DNA of 64,000 nucleotides, taken from the NCBI RefSeq assembly GCF_006345805.1, contig NC_042999.1, positions 122,636,001 to 122,700,000 of the forward strand, read 5' to 3'. The notes below the pieces were generated by a model. The model saw only the letters and a program-made list of their open reading frames with translations, did not search any database and was not told the DNA's origin. The translations under genes and the position numbers were made by a program. The DNA is from Octopus sinensis. Lineage: Eukaryota. This document shows positions 11,845 through 26,345 of this stretch, in pieces; the first letter of the stretch is position 1, and every line of letters begins with the position of its first letter.

Positions 11845-14800
11845 TTATAACAATCTCTGGAATTGGTCAAGTGATGTAGACACCTCTGTGAGACCTAATA
11901 AGACTTGAAAATTGATTGAACCTGTTAACCCTTTTGTTACCATATTTCTTTTGAAATGCTCTGTTTCTTTCAATTAATTTTAAATCTAGTAAAATTAATA
12001 GAGTTGGTGTTCTATTTGTACTCAACTAAGTTATGTTCTTTTGTACTTCTCAATAATTCCTCCCCAAAGTTCAGCTTTGGTGGGTAAACAGAAGTGTATT
12101 AGTGATTAAATTCTTGTCAATTAATCATCTGAATTGTAGTGGGTATGAACCCTACAACTCAGGTAATGTTGAAAATATTTAAGAGTGAAGTAGTAAGGAG
12201 CAAATATCTATGCCATTCCAGGTGGCCAGCATATTTTGTACAAAATTGTATAAAAGGAACTGTATTGGAATTTATCTTAGTGAAATGAAAATATACTACC
12301 TATGACAAGGCCTGCTATATGAGAAAAACAAAGTACAGGTGAGAAAGCAATCTTTATATTTAAAGTAAAAGACAAAAGCATGTGGTGAGGTGCAAAAAAG
12401 GTTTATTTGAATGATGAACTTAATGGATAAAATAAAATAATTATGCTGAATAGTGACTAGAAATTATAAATAAATAGTTTAAATGAAACCTCACAGAGAA
12501 GGAAGTGAAGAGGGAAGTAGGAGAGAGGGAGTACTTAATTTTGTGTGACTTGTTACAAGAAAGGAAGAAAAAATAGGAAAAGTAAAAATAAATAAAATGT
12601 TAGATCAATTATCAAAGCTTTGTGATTCCTAGAGATGCATTTTAAAAGGTCAGTGGCTTATCAATAAAAGAAAATAGGAAGAAAGAAAAAAAAAACGAAC
12701 ACTCTATTTATAAAATTAGTTTCTGGTGAAATTATTTTGCCTATTTGATATGGAGATTGTATTAAAATGAAAAATATATCCTGTATATATAGCTGAGCAC
12801 TTCACCCTTACTAACAACTGATGTATCATAATCTACTGGAATTTACAAAGACCTAGCTGAAAGCTATGTATTTCATCTGAATAATTTTATGATAGTGTAA
12901 TGGAATTTATGACAAATGTAGCTCACAAAAACAATTATTTGCTGTAATATTTAGTTAAAATGGAAGATATGTCTAATGTAGTTTGAAATTATGGCATGAT
13001 CAAAAAGATGTACTGTACCATAAGGTATGGTTTGAATATATAAATCAAATGGTAAGAACCATAGAACAAGATGTGAGCTGCTGGACAGTAAGTCATTTGT
13101 ATTAGTTTCAGTTTTCAGTTAAACCATGTTTATTTCATATATTAATAACCATTAGTGCCAAGGATAATGGGATAAGTGTTACATAAACTTATTTTTCTAC
13201 CCTATAAACTTGTAGCCTGGTGTATAAGTAAGAAATAAATATATGCATTAAACGAAGTAGGAAAACATATGTAAACCAAGATAAATATCAGTGAGACTAG
13301 CTGCTGGAACTGAATTATCATAAAGTGCAACATGTATACTGATTTGACATATACTCACAGAGAGGCAGGCCTCAATAGAACATGACCAGCCAGCTTTGAG
13401 GGGCAGAAATTAGTGTTGTAGTGGTTGAAGAGGCAGTGTGAGCGATAGCATGTCTAGAAGTTGGGATATGTGATAAGCAACCCTGTGACATTTTTTAATA
13501 TAGTCCAGTATGGTTATACGCAGTGGTGGACTGGCCAGGTTGTCAGCTTACCTGATGGCAACTGGGCCCCTGCGCCATTAGAATCCATATATGGGGGCTC
13601 ATGTTAGTATCTAAGCGGCCCATCTCCTCAAGTTTGAGAATTTTTTATTCGCTTCTGGAAGAATGCATTAATTATTTCAGCCTGGCTGTGTTTGAAGACA
13701 GTTGAAAAGAATACTTTTAACGAAAAAGAAAAAGAAAAAAAAGAATGACAGCATTGTAGTTGTGGGTGAGTCCTACTTGAACTTTGTAAAGAGTTATAAA
13801 CTACTGACAGATGAAGTATTTTCTGGACCTAAAAAGACAGGTCAATCTTTCTGACTTAGATTTTACCTATGATGTGGGCGTGGATTGCAGCAGCTTTAAG
13901 GCTTTTAGTGGCAGGTGAGATAGTATATCAGTTCATTGAATTGTGCAATAATAGTATTTTTGTGATGGTGAAAGAAACAAGGTCGACAGGATACCATTGG
14001 AGAATGTTTTCAAGATCTGCTTATGGGAAAATTGCAGGTTTATTGTGAACTAGTTTTATGTACTTGTAGATAATGCTTGTGTGTGGAAGATTAAGACAGA
14101 GTGAAGAACCTAAGTAAATTTTGGGATTATACCTGAATTGATGAGGCATAGGTCGGAAAGAGTTCTGTCATCACATTCTACAATGTTGGAAACTAACAGA
14201 AGGCTTCTAATCCTAGACATGAGAGACTGATGTAGCCCACTGGTTGGCAATTTAGCTTGGGACTGCTGAGATACGGTTTAAACTGTAAGATTAAAAGATA
14301 ACATAGATTAATTTCTCAATTACAAAATGAAAAGCTTATACTTTTAACTCCTTTTGGTTCGTCAATGGCTCTCACTAATTTAGTTGACTCCCCTTAACAA
14401 GGGTGTCAGTAAGGTTTAGGTGCTAAAAAATAGTTCACTATAGAAAAGAATAGAGTTTAATAAAATATTACTGAGAGATGAGTAGAGGAAAGTGATGATC
14501 AGAAGGGAGGCAATCACAACTACTCCATTAGAATCCCTTTCAGTTATTTGAAAGAGCTTTTCTGACTCACATAACTATCAAATATAAATATATATATTGT
14601 CATAATTATACATAATTGAATATAAATATGTTGTCATAATTATATATAATTAGATACAAATATATTGTCATGATTTGTTTATAATTTAAAGAGACTTATC
14701 AAAGTAACATTAATGAGTGAGAACAAAAATATAGTTAACAGGATTATCAGATATTAATAGCAATTTTCAAATATATTTTTATAGTTTTTAGGAAATTCAC

Positions 14801-14869
14801 AAACTTATAGTATTTTTCATATGGACAGTAAACATTGAAAAACAAATTTATATATACATATATATATAT

Positions 14870-15384
14870 ATTTATATATAGAGGGCATTATACATACATG
14901 CCAGAGGGCATTATACATACATGCCACACGCTAAGAGGGACAATTAGTCATTTCTACCAAAAATTTTACTAATCCCACCGAATGCTATTTTTCAAAGTAA
15001 GACATTTAAAAAATATCGACCTGTATCACAGTGATTTCATACTTACGTATTCATCAGCAGGCCTGGACGTATCATAAATAAACGACCCTGCCTCGCTTAA
15101 GCCGATCAGCTAACTGATCAACATCAACGAAGCACATGGGTGAGTTTACATATATTACATCCGGTAAATGGCAGACTTTTACGAATTGCATTTCGGGAAA
15201 GGAAAAGTTTTTTCGGAATAAAAATTTAGCAATTAAGGACAACTATTTAATAAGGAAAACTTAACAAGAAATTGTCAGGTAGATAGCGTGAAAGACCTCA
15301 TAAGAGAAAAAATTTCGAAAATAATTATTTCTTATTGAACATATTAATTTATATATAGAGGGCATTATACATACATGCCACACG
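14870..15384 (-). mobile_element. ~0.5-kb non-coding element bounded by direct repeats and carrying a hammerhead ribozyme (retrozyme/PLE-like)
   Basis: AGAGGGCATTATACATACATGCCACACG at 14903-14930 and 15357-15384 (offset 454); an extra 23-bp tandem copy at 14880-14902; CpG-retaining interior; no ORF. Confidence 0.75.
15020..15061 (-). ncRNA. Type I hammerhead ribozyme
   Basis: Minus strand reads CCTG-CTGATGA-ATAC-gtaa-GTAT-GAAA-TCAC-t-GTGA-TA-CAGG: canonical core, three paired stems, AUA cleavage triplet. Confidence 0.85.
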
Positions 15385-16019
15385 ATCGACTGTCATTATT
15401 GGTTATAGCCAGTGGACTGTAGCCATGAAGGGCACCACCATTAACAAAATATTCAATAAGGTTTGATATTATTTATGAAAGAGAATACTAATGAAAGGAA
15501 TGTAGCCTTGTGACTCTCAGCAAATTAAGAAAAAAATCATTAATTTAATTGAACTCAAATTTACTTTAATTTCTGCTATCTTCTATATTATTTTGATACT
15601 ATGACCTGTTTCATTGTTTACCATATAAACAATACTTTAAAGAAAGTAAGTTTTTGTAATGTACTTAAATTGTTGTAGTTTCAGCATATAAACAAGATCA
15701 TAACTGCACTTAATGAAGCAAAGCTGGAGAACAATTTATTGAATATTCCGACTTTAACAAGACCAGATCTTCAACTGAAAAAATTTGAAACTGTCTATTA
15801 CAAAGTTTTCAACAAAATATGGAATAGATTTCTTTTTCACAAAGCTTTGCATTTTTATATTTCACATAAAACGTAGTCCTTTCTAACTCTTGTGTTAAAA
15901 TCTCCCAATATGACCAACTTGTCAGAAATTGGTACTTTCCTCACTAATTGTGCTAGATCATCTTAAAAAACTGTCCTACAGTTTTATCAGAATGGGACAT
16001 TGTTGGTGCATAAATACTG

Positions 16020-16539
16020 ACAACGTTCTTCTCTCTATCTGGTGGGATTGCAAAGGAGTAATTTACTTTGAATTGTTACCACCTAATGCAACAATCAATG
16101 CTCAAGTCTACTGTCAGCAATTAGAGTGTTTGAACCACTAAAGTGAATCGAAAAGGAGTGATATTTCATCAGGACAATGTGCGACCCCACACTGCAAAGA
16201 TCACATCACAGAAGATCGAAGAGCTTGGTTGGGAAAAAATTCCTCATCCACCTTATTCTCCTGACCTTGCTCCTTTAGACTACCATTTGTTTTGTAGTTT
16301 ACAGAATCATTTAGGGGACATAACTTTTGCAAGCCAGGAGGAGGTAGAAACTGATATTTCAGAGTTTTTCACTTTGAAACCAAAAGAGTTTTACATTGAT
16401 GGGATTAAAAAGCTTGTAAATAGACGGAAGGAAGTCATAGATAATAGGGAAAAGACATTGCTGATTAAATTTCAATTAAATATAACATTTGATCACTTGT
16501 TTTCTTTTTTCAAAATTTGGACAGAACTTATGGTATGAC

Positions 16540-16545
<6 letters not shown>
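16020..16545 (+). mobile_element. Mariner (D,D34D) transposase pseudogene fragment with right TIR
   Basis: LSIWWDCKGVIYFELLP, then (frameshift) HQDNVRPHT..PHPPYSPDLAPLDYHLF with 34 residues between the two Ds. TIR-like end AATTTGGACAGAACTTATGGTATGACCTGA at ~16514-16543 followed by TA and (TA)n. No left TIR seen. Confidence 0.92.

Positions 16546-16592
<47 letters not shown>
16543..16592. repeat. (TA)n microsatellite
   Basis: Directly visible run abutting the mariner TIR. Confidence 0.95.
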
Positions 16593-16596
<4 letters not shown>

Positions 16597-16924
16597 ACCA
16601 CCAACTGTATTGACAGTAAGGTTATTTATAGTCAACAAATACACATGAAATGAAGGGAAATAAACTCTTTCACACAAGCACTCAGATACACACATACATG
16701 CACATAAATACCTATCTATGAGATATGATATTGTCACTGAAATAGTCTACATGATATACAGAGAAACATTAGTCCTGATTGCTATACCAAAGGTACACCA
16801 GAATCAGGAAGTATTCACACCTTTAAAAATAAAGAATACTAGTTGAACATACCATTATAAACAGAACATTAGGCCATATATAGCTGTATGTGAGAGGGAA
16901 CTTCATAAGTTGAGTATCACTTTC

Positions 16925-17200
16925 AATTCTTTTACTTGTTTCAGTCATTTCACTGCACTACATTGAAAGGTTTAATCAATTAGATCAAACCCAGTACTTA
17001 TCTTTTTAAGTTTGGTATTTATATTATTGGTTTCCTTTTGCTGAGCTGCTGAGTTATGGAGACATAAACAAACACTGGTTGTCAAATGATAGTGGAGGAC
17101 AAACACAAAAATACACACATAGATATATACTTTTATACAACAGGATTCTTTCACTTTTTGTCTACCATATTCACTCACAAGTCTTTGGTTAACCTGGTGT
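16925..17200 (-). mobile_element. SINE family A, head-truncated
   Basis: TTTTACTTGTTTCAGTCATTT..CCCAGTACTTAT..GGTTGTCAA..GGACAAACAC..CACTCACAAG matches other copies. Confidence 0.8.
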
Positions 17201-18059
17201 AATGCGACATGTTTATCTTCTATTGTGACATGTACACCTGTGTATGCAAGTTTATTCACATATGCATATATACAATATTCATCAACCACTCCAGGTAAAC
17301 ACAATCCCCAACAACTGTCCTGACTTAAAGAACAGTGCTACTTTGATGGTTATCAGCATGAATTCTGAAAATGAAAATACTTCAAATATTATCCCAAAAT
17401 CATACATAAAATTTACAAAGAAAACAAATTCAAGTTTCATTCATTTTCTTTTCTTTTTTATGAAAGCAATGATGACTTCATTACCATTAATTTTTTATGT
17501 GCAGTGAAACAGTGATGTCGAGTTAATTATATATTTGAATCCAAGTAAATGAATACGTTTTGTATATCAAGTTTTGAATGCATATAAACCCTATATGTGC
17601 TTTTTCGTACCATCATCTTTTTAATACCAGTCTTACATGCTGGAATTTTGATATGTATGTTTTCATTAAGGAGATTGCTCAGAATGTTTCTAAATAGTAT
17701 TGAAATAGCATATATTGCATTGACAAGAAACACCTTCAAAATCTAATATACACAACATATCCATTCCTTCTGATCCAGAATAAAATCAATGTGATATTAT
17801 TATTCCAGTATACATGGAAAATTTAAAATGCTACTACAAAGTGGATCATTGTCAAGAAAGCCAAGCCACATATTAGTAGGAAAATGCATGTGATTATGTC
17901 TTGCAGGAAAGTATATAATTCTTTTCTTGCCAACCGATATCTCAAACAAAACCAAGGCATTTTTCATATACTTACATACAATGATTAGTCTTTCATCTTT
18001 TAAACACATATTTTTGATGAAATAAATTAAATAACAAAAACTGTTAAACAACACCCCAC

Positions 18060-18275
18060 TCTGCTATAGAGAACCAGAGGAGATTGTAGTCTTGTCAACT
18101 ACATTACAATCACACTAGTGCAAGTACCATGAAAAAAGCAAGCAGTACACTCTGGAGACTGGTTGGCATTAGGAAGGGCATCCAGCTATAGAAATCTTAT
18201 TGAAGTGGATACTGGAATTTGTTGCCATTCTCTGATCTATTGAACTATGCCAGCATGGAAGATGATAATATATAT
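18060..18275 (+). mobile_element. Degenerate RTE 3'-tail element
   Basis: GGTTGGCATTAGGAAGGGCATCCAGCTATAGAAA..CCAGCATGGAA matches the RTE 3'UTR at 5800-5960. Confidence 0.7.
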
Positions 18276-21200
18276 TTTACATATATACAGATACATAGGC
18301 ATATGTATATACATACATATGCACATATATATATAGAGAGAGAGTGAGAGAGAGAGAGAGGGAGTGAGAGAGAGATATACACACATATATATAAATGAGT
18401 TGGCTGGTTTATTTAATATAGCAAATGTTTTTACAGCTGGTTGCCCTTTCTACTGCTAATCACTCAATTACTCTACAATAAAGAAGAGATGGAGCCTACT
18501 TATTATTCAGTAAGGCAAAATGGAGCAGGCAGAATTAATATATTAACTCAGAATTATGTCATAATGAGAGAATGGAATTGTGTCCATGCTCTCACTATAC
18601 ATACATTTTAGGAGTAGTTTTGTTTTAGGTATATAGACATTGTTTACACATTTGTGCCCTTGTAAGTTGGGTACATATAGTGCAGTAATAGTGTGTTCAA
18701 GCAGTGTTGAGTTGAAGTTGTTAATTTACATTGTTAAATGTTGTGCCTAATACTTTAGTTTTCATATCCTACTGGAGCCAAATTTGCATTTCATATAATG
18801 ATAATCAATATGTATCAGTAATGTCTAAAAGAGAAATCATATATGTTGGTGTCTGAATTTGGGCAAAATATATTGATACATTCTGTATGTGCTTTTGTGC
18901 CAGCATTTAAGTTACTATACACAAGCATACACACACACATGCACACACTCCATACACTCACACACAGAAACATATATGTATGTTTGTGCTTCCATGTGTA
19001 TTTGCATGTATTTATATATGTATATGTGTGTGTGTGTATGTGTACATATCTACATATATCTGTACAGATATATGTATATATATATGTTTGTATTGATATC
19101 TAAATATTTAAAAATGGGAAGGAATATCTTTTTTGGTTATAAATATATGTAAATACTTCAAACAAACATTTATACATTATTTGATTGAGGAAATATTGAA
19201 GTGTGGCTTACATACATTATGTTACATCCATATTTGCATGCATATATGACTATAATTTTGATTTAAAAAATGTTCATGGCCGATTTTTGCTATTTGTTAT
19301 AATTTGTTACATTTTTATATCATTTTCACAATCATTATTCCATAAAAATGTAAATACTCACATCTGAAAAAAATTGTTTATTTCATGTAGTAAATTATTG
19401 TAAATAATTTGATTTCAGCTTACATGCAAACCTCACGCAATGAAAGAAAAACTTTTGTTGTGATCCCCCATAATGTATGAAAGTTTATAGATGTCAAAAT
19501 GAAACTCACTGTATCTGAAAGATAGTTTTAATATATATTTAATTTTTCCAAATTCTCTTTTAGTTATTTGGTTTGTTAAATATATTTCTTATCTAGAAAT
19601 CATTAATATCCATTTTAGAATTACATTTGCACGCAAAGTGCTTTTTTCTTCTCATAGGAAAAAGAATAATAAGTAAACTTACTATTATGTATTTTTGCTT
19701 CTTATAAGAAAATTCGTGTTTTTGACAAAATTATATTTTTATGAAATAGTGATAAATTTCACACTTTATCAATTTGAATTTATTCAACGATAAAATTTGC
19801 ATCAAAGTATCATTCAAGTAAATCTTCTTTAAATCTTTGGAGACAAAACTTCACATATACTTTCTCAAAGACAAGAATAGTGTTATGAAATAAACTTTAA
19901 TGTTATCATCATGATTTTATTATTTTACTACTTTAGATACAAGCATTATTCCTTTTTAATACAGTGGACTTTTTGACACTCATATTAAATACATAGTTAA
20001 ATAGCTTTCATCCATGAGAAAAATAAAAACTTTCAAGTCATAAAATTCATCAACACTGATCTTTAAAGAAAATTTTCAAAATTTGATTTTAAGAGGATTT
20101 TATATCTTTTATTATTTCTCAGTCAAGAATTTTACCAACTATTACAAAGAACATATATTCATATCAATCCTTGTATACAACAAAGCAAAATCGGTCTCCT
20201 TGACTAGAGATCTCAAATCAGAGAGTTGGACATGGTTGACTAAGTCAAGTTTGGTTAATTTGAAGTTTTAAAAATACATTAATGTATTGCAGGAACATAA
20301 GAGATTGTTATAGGTTACAGAGTTGATAGGTTGAAAGAATTAAATGGTTGTGAGAAACCTGAAAGCTCAAGGGATTAATTTTCATTTTAAATTATAGAAA
20401 TATTTTAAGCCTCATAAAATAAGTGGTAGGATGATCATTGACTTCTAATGTTTCAAATGTTTCAAGTAGAGCCTTTTAAATATTATTAACTGATTTTTGC
20501 TGATAAAGTTCATCATTTGTTTCTTAAAGTCGAATCATTTTCATATAAAAATGGCTTGAGGATTTTATGTATGCCCATCTCTATCATTGCTTTATAAATT
20601 TGACATCATTTGTATATGAGAGAATCTCAACTAATATTACAGAGTTTGTATTAGTAATTATTAAGGAGCTGTTTATGGCAAAGTTTCTTAATGGTTTTAA
20701 TTAAAGGAAGTTAAAACTAATTTTAACTTCCAGTAATATCATGAGAAATTTCTTTTAGGTGTCAAGCATGTACAACATCTCAAATGGAAATTTTGAAGCC
20801 TTTTAAAATTTCTTGCTAAAAGATTGCAGAGAATATTATTATTCAGAAAAGTGAAAAATAGAGAATTCAGCTAGGCTGTTTCTGTTTAATTCAACTAAAT
20901 GTATAATTTACCCTCTTAATACTTCTGACAGTTTCTCTCAGCACTTTAAAAAACATATCCACAGTTAGAGGCAAATAGTTCAAGTATTTTTTCATATTCA
21001 CTAGGCTATTTATTTATCTTAGTCATAAATTGCATCCAAATATATTTTAAGTATTTTTCATATTAATTTAAACTGATGAACAAGCTGTTCCATTAAAATT
21101 ACATCTAATACTTTATTTGTTCCACTTTTATTCCTAATTTGATTTTTGTAAGTATTTTCTTGAATATTTTATAAATATTTAATTTATGTATCTTTTACTA

Positions 21201-24200
21201 AATGTCATTAATATAATTTTAATAACATTGAAAACATATATGTATACATAAATATAGTGTGAATTCTACATTTACTTCCAGTTTTGTACTGCATCTCAAA
21301 TGAAAATTTATTTAATATTGCTTAACTTGAATTACTAGTGTTCCAGCAATATATCACTAAATAAAAGTAAATTGCATGGTAGAAGCAAATGTACTCCAGT
21401 AGTTTCATTGAAATAAGTCACTATTCAATTACATTTATAGTTATGTTAACATAATGGAATTGTTGCCATAGAGATATCTGAATTTAGGGGAAACTGTTAT
21501 TTGAATAACTATCCAAGTATCATAAAAGATGGAAAAACTTAGAAGTAACAGAATAAATTTAGAAGCCGAAGAACTGAGAATTATTCCAGCATATTGACTT
21601 TCTTAATGTTCATTGAAAACATAATCTTAGAAATTATGCAAGTGGAAAATGTAATGATAGGAATGACAACTTTAGGTTTAGAAATACCCTGAGGAGGTCT
21701 GTTGAATTCATCTTGAGTTGATTTAATTGTAAATTAAGAGACAGAGGTATTAGCTTTTAATCAAGAAAATGTGTTGTTGAGGTTATTTGGTATTTTGAAT
21801 GGAAACAAAAGATGTTTTACAAAAATATATAAGTAATAAGTAGTCAAAATTTTAATAACTTAATGTCTGCCTAAGACAGAAACATTTTACTAGTTACAAA
21901 TTAGATGAAAGCAACTAAATGTTTATCCCAACAGCATGTTTCTGGAAATATAACGACAGTTTTGTTTGTTTCTTTTATGTTTTTTCTTTTATCAAATCAA
22001 ATCATCAATAATGTGTTGCTAAACTTATTAAATTAATAAAAAGATTATTTCTATCTTAACCAATGTTCTTCATTGCAATTTTTTTTTTGTTCATAAGAGT
22101 TAAATATTATTAGCTAAAATATGATACTAGCTTCTTAGGCAGATAATCTTAGAATTATTTTGAATAACTTGAGGAAATAGGATAAATGTACTATAGAATG
22201 ACTGAATTATCTTTTTGACTCCTTGAAATATAGTTGTAATATTCAGTTTAAAGTCATTGACCACTGACAATATGGGCAAGCTTCCAAATTTTACCAAAAA
22301 ATTGCTTTGTTAAAGGGCACATATTAGTTGTCTCAATTTGTTTTCCAGACAAAAGAGAATACTCTTATTTAACTGTTGAATGTTCCATAGACTGAAGCTC
22401 TTTCTTTTCAAAAATCACTTGCACCAGTAATATGCAAATGTTCAAATTTGCAGATCATCCTATCAATGCCAAAATAGAAATAGGTATATAAAACTACAAG
22501 AAAAGATAGGAAACTTATTTGCATATTGAATTATTGATTATATTGAATTCATTGCATATTTTCTTACACTGACATAAACTTTTAGATTTATAGGAGACAC
22601 AGACGGGAAGTTATGATGTTTATAACTTTGCCCCAAAGACATTATTAATGCAAGTAGAATAGTTTTAACTAGGAACAAAAATCAAGCAGAAGACTTGGTT
22701 TACTGAGAATTTGTCACTGCACCATGATATCTATTAAGTGAAATAAAAATTTGAACAAAGAAAGGCATTTTTTCTTTAATAAAAGAAACAAAACCAGATA
22801 ATAAAGACTAATCTCCATTATTCAAAACCCTTATAGCATTGAAAAAATGCAGTTGTCTCTTTAATCTTGTATCTATTCCACCTGGTATTATAATCATCAA
22901 AGATTTAGAATATTATGGATAAAAACTATCCTTTCCTATTTAAAATGGTTCATTCTAAAAACAAATTATCTAGGATTTTTTTTCAAGAATTGTCAGCAAA
23001 GTCAAAGGTTAATTTATATAAATGGCATCAAACTGACTGAGGCATAAGGTATAATTATTCATTATAATTGATTTACTTTGCATGATTTTTCTCTTATTTC
23101 AATGATACAGCAAAGAAGTATGTTAATGTATTTTTCTCGATATAAAAGAAAAGATAATACACATTCTGACTGAAAACGAAATAATGGTTGTGCATATACA
23201 ATACGTGAAAAGAACGAAAGGAAAAAATGTAATTCAGATTTATTATTAGATTATTCTTTATTATACACATTATAACATGTATAACTTTTCTTGCTAAAAT
23301 TAACAATAAAATAAAGCATGAGTCTTATCATTAATGTTAACAAAGATAATACTTTATTATCTACATTGCACTATTATTTTGATGGATTCATTGACAAAGC
23401 AATAAAAACTGTTTTTCTTGAGAAAGCCAGCTTGTCACATATTTATGATAGGACAACAAGGAAATATTGTTCTTGTCAATTGAACATATCTATCTTTACA
23501 TCCAGTAATTTATAGGTTTAATCAAATTGATGATATTTTGGATTAATGATAGATAATCATTTAGAAAGTAAGTTCAGCACTGTTTTTCTTGATGCTTCTT
23601 ATAGTAAAAAATAATGTTCCTGTTTTTTATATGCTTCAAATTAACCTTAATTACTAAAAATTAATCTTCTGGTATCTATACCCTATTCTAGGAATATAGT
23701 TTGTTCACATCATAAATACATTATTCAAAGTATAATCTGTGTATGAGAAGTCATAAATAATGACATTTTTTTCTCTTGATCACAGTGGGTTTAAATATAT
23801 TACCTGTTCAAAATCTGCCAAAGCCATTAAATAGAGTAGTAGAAACAGTAATATACTAGACTAAATACATTTGGAATTCTAATTCTCCCAAAGTTGATTT
23901 TATCTTTCATCTACCAGGATTGATAAAGCTAAGCAAAGATTAAATTTGATTCCATACCTATTCTTCACCCTAATAAAACATGTTTTGTGTTAATGTAAGA
24001 AATCAACTAGAGCATTAGTTTAAATAACTCACAGTATTTATCTACGTACCTTTGCTTTCTATATTAAAACCCAACAATAGTGGATTTTCTCTTATCAGTG
24101 GAACTGATAAAATTATGCACTGAGCTAGATTCGTTTAATTATACCCCATTCCAATAAATCTGTGACCTTGTGCAGATGTAAGATACCATAAGATCCTGTA

Positions 24201-26039
24201 ATCAATATAGTTGCTTTCTAGTTTATTGATATCTGATTAATAAAGGTCAGACAGTTGACTCTGTTTACTGCATTAAATAGAAATAATTAAATACTTCAAA
24301 CAAAACATCGAATTTGCTGTTATTTTTAATTTTACATGATTCTATTGCAATAGAATAATATTGTTGTAAAACAAAATTTATATTTGTGTGACAAAATCTA
24401 AGACAGAATTTATGAAGTATATGTCAAATATGATAGATATCAATGTGGTATTTTTTTAGATATATTGTTAATTTCATATATCTTGGTTTAAATATTCATT
24501 GTCACCTGAAGAAAAGGAATTTCAATAATGTTCTCTGAGTACTAATCAGAAGTATTCTTTTAGGTTCCTACATTATATGTTTATCAGCACTCATTCTGAA
24601 GGACTTTTCATGAATTTTTATACTGTTAATATTGGTCATTGTCATAGCATGAACTCAGAGAAAAGAGTAATTATATTGGTTGGTCTTTGGGGTTTTTTGG
24701 TGAAGTGGCCACAGAAGAGATATGTACTGTTATGTTTTGTATTATATATAATAAAACTGGTGTTACATACATTCAGGTGAATATATAAAGCAGATCAATA
24801 AGTTCAATTATTGTGAGGAGTGAAAAATCTAATCTTTTGTCTGGAAATGAAGTAAACAGAAAGTGTTGTTGTCACTTTGGTTACTTGCACACAACAAAAA
24901 GTAACTTTCATTCCTCATCATCATATTGGAACATACTGAACTCTCCTATGAACTCTGTTATGGACTGATTATTGCCATTACTGACAATCAGTCTTCTTAA
25001 TTTCTAAATTTTGTATTATATGTCCTCATCTACCTTGTTTTATATTTAGTTAAAAAGATTAGAAAGTTTCTGAATATGGTTTCAATTGTCATATTGTAAT
25101 ACCACTTATGGTAATGTTCTGTTTATTTTGTTGTAAGTATATTCTATACTAGTTATATGGATTGGTAGAATTGGTATAGCTTCAGATAAAACAGTTTGAA
25201 GTATTTGTCCAGACTTTTATGTTCCTACTCAGGTCAACTTTGACCTTTACCCTTCCAGAGTTGATAAAAATAAAGTAAATATTAAGTACTGGGGTCAATT
25301 TTATCAACTAAACTCTTACCCAAAATTGTAACTTCATGATTGTATTAGAAATAATATTTTATATTAGTAAGCTAAGCAAAATATTTTATTACATCTGTTT
25401 TGATGATTTAAATTTTTTCTGTTCTAATCCCAAGTGTACTCTTGACTTTTATTTCTCCAGAATACTAAGCCTTGGTAAGTGCTAGTAAAGTATAAAGGGT
25501 TGCAATACTGTGCTTTTGGTCAATGAAAGAAAATTGATCATATTATCATATAGAAAAAATATACTTTCTAATATTATAAGGAAAATTTATCAAAATATAA
25601 CTCAGTAAAACTGAGATAAAACATGCATTATCACTAGATTACATTGAGGAATTGCATAAAATAACATTTAAGGAACAGAAAAAGAGGAATTATTCAATAA
25701 ATCAATCCTGAGTAGTAAAAAGTGAAACAAAAAATGTCCCATGATCTTTACCAAAGAGTTTGGTCATTGCACTTCTCTAAAGATTCAATGATACAGACAA
25801 GTAGTATAGCAGAATTTATTGATTGTCCTCACATATCCAGATACAAAGTGTAAGTTAAGCCAATTGGGATGCAGAATCAGTTCACTTAAATCATGCCACC
25901 ATTCTATAGCACTTAGATGTAAGTAGGCAGATATGTATCAACTTACTACAAGGTCTGGGAAATATTTATATATCTGGTAGAACTATACACCTTTCCCAAA
26001 AAACAGCTGTTAATTTAATGATGGTAATTTTGTTTGAGT

Positions 26040-26342
26040 GTAAAGATGATAAAAATATGGGAAACACAAGCACAAAACCACCCTGTGAGGAGAAGTTGTA
26101 CCAACAGAAGTGCCACTTCCTATAAACAGAACAGGATTGCAAAGACACAAAGAAAACACAAACTGTGCAAGTCCAGAGACAACTTTTTGCCTTCAATCCC
26201 AACAGACTACCGGTGCCCAACACATGGCAGAGCTTTCTGAGCATGCATCAAACTGGTCAGCCACAGCTGGATACACTATTTTCTTCTCCAAATGATATCC
26301 TTGGTTATTGTCAACAATGACAGATGAACTAATAATAATAAT
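26040..26342 (+). mobile_element. BovB-like RTE LINE 3' end remnant
   Basis: Translation ..RIAKTQRKHKLCK..YRCPTHGRAF*ACIKLVSHSWIH resembles the C-terminal CP.CGR.F..RIGL.SH..H motif; followed by GTCAACAATGACAGATGAAC(TAA)n tail. Confidence 0.65.
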
Positions 26343-26345
26343 GAT

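Noticed and set aside
13521-13680. Possible hAT/MITE left end CAGTGGTGGACTGGCC
   Set aside because: No matching right TIR or TSD was found, so it is not supportable beyond resemblance.
14138-14170. TTGATGAGGCATAGGTCGGAAAG hammerhead-like string
   Set aside because: No valid stem I, and the cleavage position would be G.
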